A stretch of 64,000 nucleotides of DNA. Source: Tubiluchus corallicola (lineage: Eukaryota; Animalia; Priapulida). This document shows, piece by piece, positions 12,021 to 26,200 of the stretch. Each line of letters starts with the position of its first letter. Position 1 is the first letter of the stretch. The stretch is from positions 124,001 to 188,000 of the forward strand of contig JAQGDQ010000078.1 in the NCBI GenBank assembly GCA_030141605.1. The letters run 5' to 3'. The notes beneath the pieces are model-generated. The model was not told the DNA's origin. It worked only from the letters and a program-made list of their open reading frames with translations, and ran no database searches. A program made the translations under genes and the position numbers.

Positions 12021-15000
12021 CAGCGGCAGCGGCAACAGCAACAGCAGCAGCAATAGCAGCAACAACAGCAAGCAAAGGCAACAGCAACAGGTCATATAGT
12101 AACAGGAATAACAACAAGCAAAGGCAACAGCACCAGGCTAATAGTAACAGCAGCAACAGCGTGTAATAGCCTAGTCAATCTACGGTCGATTTAGCGCACA
12201 AAACGTATCACAAGGGAATTGCATACCCTGACAATGATACAACTGAAATGACCGAATACCCTTGAAAACGAAAAAGTGCCTTTGAATTGATGATCCAGTT
12301 TCGTTCTTATAGACTTCGTGGCTTTTAAAAGGCGTCATTAAACGTTCAGGAATGCACATTTTTACACTGAGTGTGCAGCTGCGCCAGTGCCACCTGCCGC
12401 TCACCTGCTTGACTGCTCTTTTATCAGAGCCTTCTGCACTTTCGTACCATTATTGTTCTTTTTATATTTGTTTGTAAACAAGCACTAAAACTAAGAAACA
12501 TTAGCAAGAAAATTTTGTTTGGAAACGAATGCATAATTCTTGCACAAGCTACAAAATCTCGCTGCAGAATTGATCAAAACAATTACGAAGTCAGTTTGTT
12601 GACGATAAAGGAAATGTCGTCAATCTCTGTTGATTTCATTGGCAAATGCACTGTTACAACTTATAATGTAATGAACGCTTGATAATGTAATAGCGAAAAA
12701 ATTAACGCATAATGTAATAACTAACGGATAATGTAATAAAAAACTAACAAATAATATATTACTCACAAAACGCATAATGTAATTACCCAAAGTTCAACGC
12801 ATATTGTAACTGATTGTGCAATGACTAGCTGAAGTAATATTGCTTAGTACTAGTGGCATGGGGTTGTGGGGATGGTGTTTCGACAGTTTGCCAGTGGTAC
12901 GGTTGGTTACTAACGCGGGTCGTCACTACTACGGTTCGCCACTAGTATAGTTCGTGTTCGTCAGTAAAATTTTTGTACTATGTGATATGATATTACGTTA
13001 TCTCTTTAAGAAAAGCGTTCCAGTTCACCACTAGTACGGTTCGGCAGGAAACGGTTTACCGCTGGTGCATTTCGCCAGTGCTATGGTTCTCCACAATTAA
13101 TTTTTTTGTGGCTCGACTCATAGATACGACGATTTTTTGTGGATAACTTTTAAATCTTCCCCACATGCGGGCACCAAATTTTGAATGAAGATAGCAAATG
13201 TTTAGTGCCATGCAACTACATAAAGAACGGGTCACAGTGGGTTACAACCTTCACAATTCAGCTCCGCGCCATCTTGTATATGTTAATAAACGGGACCAAT
13301 AAGGTTAGGAGTAATGGGTCATAGCCTTGACCTATAGACCTATAGACCCGACAGAGCCGTGACGGATTATTATGAGTTGCTAGTCACTTGATTCCGAAAG
13401 GATTCCTTCAAGAGGTATGGCTTCCAAAATTTGATAATGTTGATTCTTTGACGTAAGTTTTAAGTACGGTACCGACATATGTCTAGAAAAACGCCCGTAG
13501 CGTGGCGGCCCCAAGGCGGTGGTGACTGTGTGCACATCGTTGGGTAGAGAATTCATCAGACTGTCACAGCTCGGTGCCATCTTGGTAGGTGGCACTCCAG
13601 CATAAAGTAACTTATTGGTAAAATTTTGGTTTCCTAGGACCTTCTAGGCTTAGAAGGGTAAGGCTATGTCATTATCGAGTGTTAGTTCCATGATTACAAA
13701 GGGCTTTGTTCAGGAGCTTTCCAAGTTAGGTCGTGTCAATACCTGGTATAGTTTTGTATATATTTATAGGAAAATATGTTGTTTTTTTGCTAGCCAGAAT
13801 CAACTGTGGAAAGCCAATGCGTGGCATTTTGCTTGTTTCTTTTTTCGTTTGGATAGATAGCGCTTGTTATAGTAGTAATTCTTTCTCAAAAATGGACATA
13901 TTTTGACGATTTTCAGGTCCATGACCCAGGCGGGCCAAAAGGGCACGGCCCGAAATTATAGGCCATCTCTTCCTGGTTACATGCACACAAAATTTATAGT
14001 TAGGGTTAAATGACTCTGATACTTTTGGAAATCGCTATATCTTCGTCATCTTGAACTGAATTCTAGCGATTTTCGGTAACTGAGTTAACAGTGACGCCTC
14101 CTACCATATAACCGAATTCCATCAAAATCGTTTGAAGCACAAAGTTGTTAGATCTAAAGGAAACTTTTTTGACCAAATGTAAAATCACTTCTTTAATGTT
14201 ATAGTGTAAACCTACTTGACCTCATGGGGGAAATGATGCACTGGGAAAATGATAGACTGGCGAAATGCTTCACTGGCGAAAAGATTCACTGGCGAAAACA
14301 TAGACTAGCGAAATCACTGGCGATATGTACTACTATATAAAAACTTTTTGCGCTATTTTTATTTTCAAGTGGCGAAATGATGCACTGGTGGTCTAGCAAA
14401 ACGACGCAATTGAAACCCTCGCTTAATAATGCTCACCATCTTCATATTCCAAAAAGTATATAAGAAACTATATATTAGAAAAGTAACATTAATTCAGCTA
14501 GTTATTACTTTACCTGTTGTTACATTGTTGCTGTGCTATTGCAGTATGCACTCAACCTCACGTTATTATGTTATATGTTGATTTGTTACAATATGCGTTG
14601 ATTTTTATTACACTATGCGTTAATTTTTTGTTATTACGTTATTGGGCGTTTATTACATTATCAATTGTTACATGCACTTTTCAGAAAATTTTAAGATGAA
14701 ACAATAAGTAGCAAAATAAGAAATTAAATATGAAATCAGCTGTAGCACAATTAAAATACCAGTGTAACAGTCAGCCAAACTCAATACTAATGATAACGCT
14801 ATGGTTATAATCATTTTCGTGTAAATAGGTGATATATTCCAGTAATAGTAGCTGTATAAACTTGTTATAAAATTTGAAGAAATACGGCCAATTGTAAATC
14901 ACGTGTAGGCATCTTCATTATGCTACTCTATTGTTTTTATATTTAATTTGCTATGTTGCTGGGATGGGTGGCCGAGTGGTTTAGATTTCGGACTGCAACC

Positions 15001-15612
15001 ATGCAGTCATGAGTTTGAGACTAGCGGCTACCAACGCCAGGGCATAGACCTTACGTGTTAATCGTTTTTGTGCGTTAGATCCTTGTAAGTGTACGTCGGT
15101 AGCCTATAGTGCTAATGTTCTCTGTTAAGTGACCAACGGTAAATAAATCTTGTCTTTGTCTTTTGTCTTTCTTTTGTTACTATTATTTTATCTCAATTTT
15201 TCTTAATAGTATATTTGCTGATGGAGTCAGCAAACATTGACTAAACGTCTATTATTATCATTGATGTTTGCAGCACAGCTGACAACACAGTTTGCAGCAC
15301 AGCTGACAACCGGCTGGTGGCTTTGTAAATGATTATAAATTCGGCGTCCAAAAACTTATATTATTGTAGTTGTTGGTTAACTCTTATGCACCTTTTGCAG
15401 AGTTTAAAAATAGGAAAACAATGGGCATCTTTTAGTGAGAAAATTTTGAAATGACTTTTTAAAGGATAAAAATGTAAGTCTAGAAAACAGACTGGATTAA
15501 GACTTCAAGAGGCCCTAAAGACTGAAAAGATTGTGATACCCCATATATATGTGTAATTCAGAATAAAAACAACACTGAATTGTAAAATGAAATTTTATCT
15601 TTCACAATGAAA

Positions 15613-15666
<54 letters not shown>

Positions 15667-15906
15667 TGGGTTTGTGAAATTTAGAGTCGTCTCAGCATTT
15701 ATAATCTAAAATCACTTTTTATACAATGTAAAACCAATGCTGTAGTATTTATGACCAATGCTGCTGTATTTATGATATTGGAATATCCTAATAATATGAC
15801 TAGATTGTAAGTAAAGTATAATTCATCGTTTACCTAGTTATATTACGTAGCAGCTCATGGCGTAAGTAAATTTAGTAAATGAAAAGGAAGATGCTTCACA
15901 GGGTTA

Positions 15907-15937
<31 letters not shown>

Positions 15938-18900
15938 ACCATATCTACTTGAGCCCTTGCGGGGCCTCTCTTCACCTGAGGCTCTAAGCACGTGCCTAAT
16001 CCAAGGCTGCCAGAAAAGTTTCACAAAAGTTTGGTAAGACATACTCCCAATTTCACAAAGATTATTTTGTCTGTGACAATTCAAATCTTTGCTTGCTGGA
16101 TCCACCACTAATCGCTTAAACAGTGAACTAATACTACGTGTAAGGAGTAATATATTTTATCAAATTCTTTGACACATTCACTCAAGTTATGCGTTACTCA
16201 AGTGGAAATATTTGCATGAAAATGCGAAGCCGGTGATATTCAAAACTCATTCTCATTTCTCAACATTTATAGACTTGGCGTATTATCCAGCTACGTGCAA
16301 TTGTAGCTTCAGCACAAGATTACAGTGTGAGAATATGGGTTACGAGACGTTAACAAGTGAAATCCTGCTGGAATATCCGAATAATATGACTAGATTGTAA
16401 GTATAATTCATCGTTTACCTAGTTATATTACGTAGCAGCTCATGGCGTAAGTAAATTTAGTAACACGATAGTATTGCTCGGATAAATGAAAAGGAAGATG
16501 TTTCACGGGTTAGAATCTTGGGAATTTGCTGTTTACTAAATGTTCATAATATATCAAATGTAAACTAATATTGCACAATGAAAATAGCAGTCAATAGGCT
16601 GACGAACAAGAAATTTATAATGCACGTTCGTCTTCATATACTGTAGGTAGTATTAGAAAACTCAAAATTGGTGAATCGCGTTACAAAATTCCATGTGTTC
16701 AAAACACATTCTTCGGTCTGGCTGTATAATTGATAGGTGGATCCATTTGCCTGTCACCTTCAAAAAATGAGAGTGAAGTAATGGAATGGCTAGCGTTTTT
16801 GACGTATAGCAAGCAGGAAAGAATCGTCTTCAACTCTTCATCCCGAATTTGATAAACCAAATAAAAATCTCGGTAATGAATCCAACACAATGTACTTAAG
16901 TCACCCACTTCGCGTGTATTACGTATCGCTAGTTAATCGTCCTGCAGTGTATATTATTCGACAGTTTGTCGTTTTCAATATGCCAGTGATTATTGGAACT
17001 AGTGCAATCTGAATTTGAATAATAGTACAAATGATGCGCTGGCAAAGTGATATACAATCGTCAAACATCAAATACGTCACTACTATTCAAATCAGTAGTG
17101 AATAACATAGCACAACATAACATAACACGACATTATACAAAATTATACAAAGATAAATTTTGCGTAATAGGTATAGAAACCTTTTAACATGAATTTAGTT
17201 TTAGATGCTGTTAGACAATTTTCTGCACAATTTTCTTGCAGGTAGCTGTAGTTGCAATTATGAGTATGAAAGCAGCGCTCTCGAAATTTCATGTTGATGA
17301 TGGTCAATTATTTTGAGTTACTGCCAGGTTTTATTGGACATTCATTGGATTGAATTATTTTTTAAAATATATTTAAGTCTCGGTTTCACGGGCCGCGACA
17401 ATCGAAATCCAACAATCGCCAAAAAATTCCCGCACCTGTGCTTTTTGCCAATTATTCGTGCGAAATTCGCTAAATTTTTGCGAATTGTGGGTTTTTTCTC
17501 GAGAGAAAATCTCGAGAATATCGCACGAAGTTCGCATAGCACTTTTCCGCATATTTAGCGGCCGTTTGACTTAGAAATTTTCGGATAATCGCCGAAGTTG
17601 GTACCCCGTGAAAGCCTGGCTTTAGTTTCTCATTGCACTATGAGTAGTAGTATACGCGTGCCAGTAGAAGAGTTAATAATTCATAGGTAGTAACTGCTGG
17701 AATTCCCTTGTCACTTTATAAGTATCTTATAAGGCAACTACAAAAGCGACAGCAGGTAATTCAGCACTGAAATATGTCAAGCGTTGTCTTATTAGCGAGG
17801 AAGTAACTCAGTCAGAATCAACTTATCCATTTGACGCATCATGCTTCTTAGACACTGTTCATCGCAACTGATCTAACTGTTTTATGAGTTCGATATGGAG
17901 CTGGTAATTAATACAGCAGTTTACATGTTTTTTTTGTAATTTTAGGTAATTAACGTTTTGCATCTCGTTAAAACGCCGCACAAGAGAACTTAGATATTAG
18001 TTGATACATAATTCTCACTCTACACGAGAGACGTATAGATATTATATTTAAAAACATTGTCTCGGCTTATATCATGTAGCGCTTTTATGTGCCGAAATTT
18101 TGATCATGATATTATAATAAGAACACAATGGAATCGCTTAGAAATTATCACATTGATGTTACTGACGCTTACGTATAAAAAGCAAAAATTTTAGGTCATT
18201 TCCTTAAATCAAGCAAGTGCTCTATGTGTCCACTATTTTCAATGCAAACTAGACGAAGGCGTTCCTTTCAACAACAGACACTCACTTCTGACACGGGTAT
18301 TTGGTCGCAGCACTCAACAAATTTTGTCTTTAGTTCAGGTGCGTCAAAAGTTGCGGCTCTGTGCGATCGTCATACCTTCATACTTACACCTTCTCTTTAA
18401 AAATTCCAGACATCTTAATCCAGAGGATTAAGTTCCATTTTTTATAACACATCTTTATTAGTATCTTTATCTTTTGTGGTGAAAACTATGATGTAAACTG
18501 GTCGAATGGAATTCTTTTTTTATATTGCTGGCATGTGTTAAATGTTTTATACCTCAATGTGCCTATTTTTCAATTGACGACTAGCTGACATTGTTCTGGC
18601 AGTTTATTATTTAATATGTTAGGCATTTTCGGCTGTAACTTAAAAATTCTAAAACTATAAACTTGTAACTTTCACAGCCAAAAGCCAATATACCGTAATA
18701 TCACGCTGCAGAATTTCAAATTTGTAGCACCCTGCTTCTAATATTTTTGCAGTCTAAACTTGCACATTTTTTTTGCGCCACCCGACATAGCGGGATTCAT
18801 CATCAAAAGCTGATAACATTTTTTTTAAAAAATAGAACACAGTTTAGAATCCTACTATAAAGTAGTAGTTTGTGACTAGCATCAATAACAAATTATTACG

Positions 18901-21900
18901 AATAACTGATGTAATCAAAATTTAAATTATAAATAGGCATTATGTAAATTTATAAGCCTGCCTCAATCTTTGGCCGAAATGTTTGGAAAATTTTAAATCT
19001 TTCACGTACAAGTGCATTGACGCATGTCTTTTCCTACAGTAAACGAATTTTCCGGCGAGTTTCGCCCATAGGCCTAAATGAACTAGACGTGACATTACGA
19101 TTGCTATTATCGTTTATATAACAAAGATTAACGTAGACAATCACAACGCCGTGAATCAGTCTGATTCTTGCAGTCAGAAACATTAACGATTAAATTTATG
19201 TTTGACTTCATCACTATAGACCACAAAGCTACTGAATATAAATGCTGAAATATTGAAACACATTAAGATAAAGGTTGCTACTGGGAGATCATTTAACGTT
19301 TTCCATTCACAATCTTAAGCTCATAACGAAGCGTTTTAAGAACAACGGGAGCACTTTATCCAGTAAGCTGACACGAGTCAGGATTTAGAGGCCATTTGCC
19401 GTCGCAACATCTGATAAAAGCTAAATGTTTTGTGACTTGCTTGATCAATACTTTTCTTAACTCCTGCTATAACTGAAAGATCGATGTAACTATCTTTGTC
19501 TTATTTGATTTCTAAAAAAGTTTCATTATTGGAGATTTAATAAACTCCAACCCTTTTATCAGAGAATATTTTCTTCAAAGAATGTGAAGTATTGACAAGT
19601 TATGAATGTCTTGTTGATATGTTGTCTACGAAAGCTTGACACCAGCAACAAACGACGTACAAACGTAGGACATATAAATAAACAGTTACCTGATTACTTA
19701 GTACACAACATGACGGTCTATCTAATAACGAAGATTAAGAATTACAACAATTTACGAAGTAAGAATCTATAGCTTTGCTATGATAACGTGGACGTCATAG
19801 AAATTTTAATGAGCTAGGGTGGTAATTCCTTAAGAAAATGTAACGAATTTCTACGAATCTACGAATTCCACCGGTATCATTTGATAACAAGATCCGTTGG
19901 CAGGAGATTAGATTAGATTAGATTAGATTAGATTAGATTAGATTAGATTAGATCCCTTTCGTTTCATATAACGGCCCACACTACACATACAGTAAATAAA
20001 CATTCGTAGCTATTACGTTCGAGGATTTTTATTTACGAACAACCCGTTGTCCACGTGTAAAGAGACTGTATGAGATAATTCATACGGAGTTTACAATACT
20101 AAAGTAGCATTTTGTTGTCCACAAGTTCTAGAAATGGAGGGGTGTCGGTTTCTGATACTATAATAGGCTATAAGAACGTGACAATGATAAATTTCCGCGA
20201 ATGCTAGAAGCTATACATTAATTATACTAATTTAAACAGCTTCCTAATGTCATTGTTATACGCCATTTACATACAATCAAAATTACTACAACAATAACGA
20301 TAATTTTCTAATTAACGAGAATAGATTATTTTTATTTTAATATCCGCATTGTCAACAACCAGAACAAGCTACATGACATAGATACTGAAATTTCATGCAT
20401 TTGCTTTTCGCATATTAAATTCTCTTGGAGAAAGAGATTTCTTTGTCATCAGCATTTTCAAATCAATACTGAATTTTGTCAGCATTTTTAATGATGGGAG
20501 TGAATAAAATAAAGTTGGAAACTGTACCCTGTAGGTGATTCCAGAATTAAAAGCATGCTCATTATATAGCGAAACGTTGATCCTTATTTTCAGTAATTTC
20601 TATAAAAAAAATGTGGCGTCAGTATATAAATAATAATTGCAGAGACTTCTAGCTCTAAATGATGCCAGCCAATGTTTTCATGATTAGAACTTCAGTATAT
20701 AGAATTCGACTTGAGACCGAAAGATTTTCGAACAAGTTTTTGAACCACCAGTAAAAACTAGTCTTATAAAGATCATGCATATTACTCGATTTTCTTCTGC
20801 AGTAAAACCACTAATAATTTGTTTAAAAATTGTGCGCAGAGATCATGGCTAAATTATGCTAATTGCATGAAGTTTCAAACGTTTTAATGATAAAGAACGT
20901 ATGTGGTTGAAGTGCTGAATTATACGAATCTATAGTTTTAGGTTCGAATCGAATTAAAAAAAACCCGTTCGAATTCGATTCGAACGTTCAAGCTCGGACG
21001 TTCGATGCTCACCCTTAGTTAACAGGACAAATAACCACTAAAACACAAGAAAACCCTTTTCTTACGTAAAGCCAGAAAAATTCGTCTTGAAATTTTTATT
21101 ACCTACATACTGCCTTAAGTTATTGCCCACAATTACTATCAGCATTATCTGATATTATTATCAGTAACGCTGTATAAAACTTATAAATTGAAAGCCCCGT
21201 CAGGTGCAACCATTTGGAAGGTAAGTCGTTCGAAACAAGTTTAAATAACATTGTGAAAAGTTTGAAAAAATAATCAGAGGGTTTGTAACACTTTTCACTA
21301 ATTACTTTACCTTGTCAATAAGATCAATAATATGTTGTTTGTGAATCAGTAGTGCACGCTGGGATGGTGATACAATGAAATGACGTTTTACCAATTGACG
21401 TGAACATTTTAAATTACTAAGAAGTTTCGTTTCAAGTTGCAAAAGCATTTCAAACGGGTAAGTGTAACGCTGTAATTGTGTGGAAAGTTCTTTGTGATAA
21501 ACTTTAAAATTGCCTTTTCTTCCCCTCTAACTTTCGCCTTAGTACCAGAATGATGTCCTTTCCATTAATCAAAGATCGCTATAACATTAACACATGCATA
21601 ATTAAAGCATTCGCATCTGCAGGTGGCTAATAATCAGCAACCGTGTCTCATAAGTGCCTGTTCTCTGATGACACTTTCACACATTCATCATTTTGTGACA
21701 CAGGCGTGGGTCTGACTGTAAAACAACAAAATAGCCTTTCTGTTAGACATTTAGAGGAAGCAACTTGTGCTGTACAAGGATGAGGCCGTGAATCTAAACA
21801 TTAATGATTTTAACATGGATTTGTGGTAATCTCATGCTACGATAAATTGATGCTGATGTGATTAAATTGAATCGCTTCAACTTTCATATTACATAAGTAA

Positions 21901-23179
21901 GATAAACTGATACAGTGGTGATTTAAAGCTGTTAAACTAATAATAATAATATAATAGTCTTTATGAGCTTTTTGCCGATTGTAAATAACAAATCTACATT
22001 GCAGAGATGATTATTATCACACTTTTACCCAAAATAATGCGCGCCAAGCAGGGCACAGCAGGTGCCATTTTTAAAGTGTTTGGTATGACCCGGTCACTGT
22101 ATCGAACTCAAGACCTCCCAGCACTAAACTGTCTGGTCAAATAACATTGCGAAGCATTTACGAGCTAAATCATCGTATTTTGAAGTATTTGTAGGCTTCA
22201 CCATTAGATGGGAATAGCTTATACATGCTTAGAAATGTTTTGGTTTAACAGATTTTAAATCAGCGCTGTAGCCACTTATTTTGCTTGTGTTACATGAAGA
22301 GGTGTCCAATTAATATCTCTTATTTTGTAAACCACGGTAAACTGACGATCATTACACAACATGAATTCGAAACAAAAACAACATGTTCGTAACAACAAAT
22401 TTGTTAAAAGCAGTGCAAATGCGTTAATTTGCAGAATTCTTAAAACGTATAATTTGTGTATCTTTTATTGTACTTATCAATATTTTGTACTGCTCAATGT
22501 ATATGGATACAAAATATTTAAAATTTACCAGGAAATGTTGTGTAATACTATATCAATGAATCAATAAATTGAACCATAAGGAAAAAACCTGACACGTTCA
22601 TTAAAACGTATATATGTATACGTATACAATATATATATATATATATATATATATTGACTACGGCCAAATCACGTTGAAAACACCGGTTCTCGTCTGATCA
22701 CCGAAGTTAAGCAACGTAGAGCCTGGTTAGTACTTGGATGGGTGACCGCCTAGGAAAACCAGGTGCTATAGGCTTGCGGGATGCCCACACTGTATCTCGA
22801 CACTAGGCGGAGGAGCTGCACAAGCGGACTGAGGTCAAGTTACCCAACGGCCATGTGTAGAGGAGAAAACTTTCCAAATCAGGAGTGGAGCCGAAGGCGG
22901 ACCAGTGCAGCATGCTCACTGACTCCGGCAGCTCCTGCAGCCAACCTGGTGCCAAACATATCGCTCCGCTTTCCTTTGGACTACACCAGAGAGGAAGAGA
23001 GGGGGTTCCTGTTGTCTGGGCAACTCAGGATTTCCATACACCTTGCCCAGGCGTGCGCCCTGGAGACGTTCAAGGATCGCACTGCTCAGCCACAGTCGAC
23101 GCTGCAGCTCCATCACTGTGATCAATAACTGACTCTCTTGGCGCACACTCCATTGTCTTCCGAGACAAAAGGATGCCAA

Positions 23180-23216
<37 letters not shown>

Positions 23217-26200
23217 CTGTTTTTCTAAAAGCATCAATCACCTGCACTATATATATATATAGTATTTATGTTTTTCTAAAAGCATCAATCACCTGTACTA
23301 TATATATATATATATAGTATAGGTGATTGATGCTTTTAGAAAAACAGATTTCATATACTACAGACGGGAAAATCGCATTTTGACATATAGTTTGTGTTTT
23401 TCCGAACCCGCCCGCCAGAATTTGACAAATCTTTTTCAAGGTTTTGCGTAACCACTTATTTGTATAGCATAGATCGGCGCTTTGCAAACCAGCACCCAGC
23501 GACCGCATTTTAGAGAGAAGTGGCGGGACATTTTTTCTTTTTTCCTCCTCTTCTTGGTTTCATGATCGGTTGACTACACTGTTAAATCCTGCCAGATAAT
23601 AACTTGAAATAGTAAAAAAACACATTTAGTATCACAATTTTATTTTGAGCTTTTAAACCAGGGCGAATTGTAGACAAAGAAAAGATAAATCATATGAGAA
23701 AATTAATGTGCAAAAATAGGCACTGTAGGCTGTACGATAACGATTTGTAATCAATTTGTAGATACGTTTTGTGCAACTTAATCTTTGTAGTTTTCTAGAA
23801 TTTTACGCTTTATTCTGAATTTTAGTTCATTTATTGCGCTTATTCATTTTTCTTGTTTACTTCCAGGCTTCTTTCACACAACAACATTCAAAATGTGGAT
23901 GATTATATATTTTCCGATTTTAATCAGCTAGAGTTGCTGTAAGTATTTTAACGAAATAAAATTTTAGAAAAGACCTAAGCATCTTGGTTTAGCTTCAGCA
24001 CAAGTACGAAACAACACATATTCCATTTCACAACTGGCAACTTTCCAGCTTTACAGCCTGCGCCCTAAAGCAAGTTTTCTGTTTTAATGTGTTTGTTTGT
24101 TTGTTTATTTAGTGCAAATTTTTTTATTCGTCGATTTGTTTGCGTGTTGTGAATTAGACTTAAAAAGGATAATTTAAAACATGTACCTGATTTTGTTTGA
24201 GCTTTCCACCTGACCTATTTACTTTAAAATGTTACGGCTTCCATTACCACAGGTATGTTTTCAGAAGCACGCCAGGTTTGTGACTGTACACATGTACACC
24301 TGACTCAAAACAGCATATTATTGTATTTTGCTTGCAGGTAATGCTCTATAAGATTAAATTACATATTACCAAGCTTGAAATATGATTGCGTTGTTCGTAG
24401 AAGCAATAGTAAAGTAAGCTTGGTAATCCAATAAGCACATGAAAGCAATACTGAGTTTGAAAGTCTGAGAAGTTTTATTTGGACTCGGATGGAACTTGAA
24501 CCCAAGACCTTATGCTTTCCGGACAGCTATTATAACCATAAAGGCATTTCACTTCCTGGAAATCTTGTTACCGCTACATGGCCTATTTGTTATGTTGATG
24601 GTTGTGGTAGGACCAGTATATCTTTATCAAGGATAATTCCCTAAGATGAGAGTTGAACGTTTGGATGGGCCTTACTTACGTTCTAATATGTACACATTCT
24701 TTCTGAACGAGGTAATTATAGCCGGAGACCTAGACTCTTTCTTTTTCTTCAAAGAAATTTTGGCTTTGTAGATAAAAACCTCAAATTTCTTCTGATTCTT
24801 TATGTTAGTCCTGCATTCTCTGGTACATTATTGAAGAACATGTCACTGCAACTGTGTTTGAATTTTAATCGTCCTTTTCATGGACTGAAAATAGGTCCGT
24901 AGTAACAAAGTGAAGCAGGTGAACCATCTTGGAGCTGACTGGCCGTTATTTTTTGTGATTCAATGCTGTGGTGGGAGTATAATGTATAAACCTCCTCCCT
25001 TAACATTTCTAATGAACTCCAAGACTTATATGCTATAGGTCTTATTATTACCGCCGACAGTAGCTCAAGCTGGCGACAAAACTGCAGATCACTCATGTTG
25101 TAATCCCTGTTATTGATGTACAACAATGTGAACCTTTTCGATATCTTTTTACAGGTTTCTAGATCACAATTGTATCAGCAGTCTACCTTCTTATGCTTTT
25201 CACGGCCTGTCGAGCTTAACAAAATTGTAAGCTCTTTTGTCTATATTATATAAAAATGATAGTAGATTTAGTTATAGGACTTAGGCTTATGCATTGTCGG
25301 AAACTTTTTCTTATTATTTAGATTATGTTATCTCATCTTACCTATACAAATTATTACAAAGTAGGCCAGATTCAATTTCGTTTAAATCAATACTTAACTG
25401 ATTATAATTTTTGCCAGTATGTTATACTATTAATTAATTAATATCTATATCTATCTATCTACATTATATATATATATATATATACATATATATTATATGT
25501 GTATACATATATATTAATATTTCTTATAATTATTGTTAGATCATTAGCTTACAACAACTTGACAACGTTTCCGGATAAAGTCTTCGAAGGACTGACAAAT
25601 CTTACATGGCTGTAAGTATGAAAGCTACAAAAAAGAAGTCATTTATTTGCTACTTTTTTAGGCATTTACAAAATTACTATTTATCATAGCCAGCGACCAT
25701 AGAGCTATTACGCTATCCAACTTTATATACATGCATGATTAAAATATGCGCATAAATTGTTATCTTTTTAAAGCAAAGCAGTCTATGGCATAGCAAAGAT
25801 ATAACTTATGATGTCATATAATGGCATACAAACTATACATCATACTTTGAAAGAATCAGATCTCAGTCAGTAGGTAGGACTACATAATATTGAAATTTTC
25901 AAAAAAATAAAAAAATGAATGTTCAGTAATTACTAGGAGGTTTACAACATAAAATTTATTAAAATCGGGTTTTGTAATTATCGGTTTTTAAGCAATTTCA
26001 GTTGAAAGCTGTTAAAATACATTTATTAACATTCTCAGCTGAAGCTGTTAAAATAGATTTATTAACATCCTCAGCTGCATCGATAGGGTATGCATGAACG
26101 TAGTCTATCAAAATTAAATTCGAAATATGAGTTTATCCAGGACATCTATGATACGGAATGTTGATATTTAATAAAAATGAATTTCATGCATAATATTACT

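Noticed and set aside
11947-12166. Poly-Thr/Ala and poly-Val/Leu ORFs
   Set aside because: Translations of an intronic trinucleotide microsatellite.
12660-14400. CRISPR-like repeat arrays
   Set aside because: Short degenerate subterminal transposon repeats without regular spacers, in eukaryotic DNA with no cas genes.
22656-22775. Functional stand-alone 5S rRNA gene
   Set aside because: Single copy in an intron, broken terminal stem, no Pol III terminator.
22781-23179. Three overlapping ORFs of 78-115 aa after the 5S sequence
   Set aside because: Chance ORFs in a GC-rich retroposon body; only the short RTE-like C-terminal remnant, in another frame, is meaningful.
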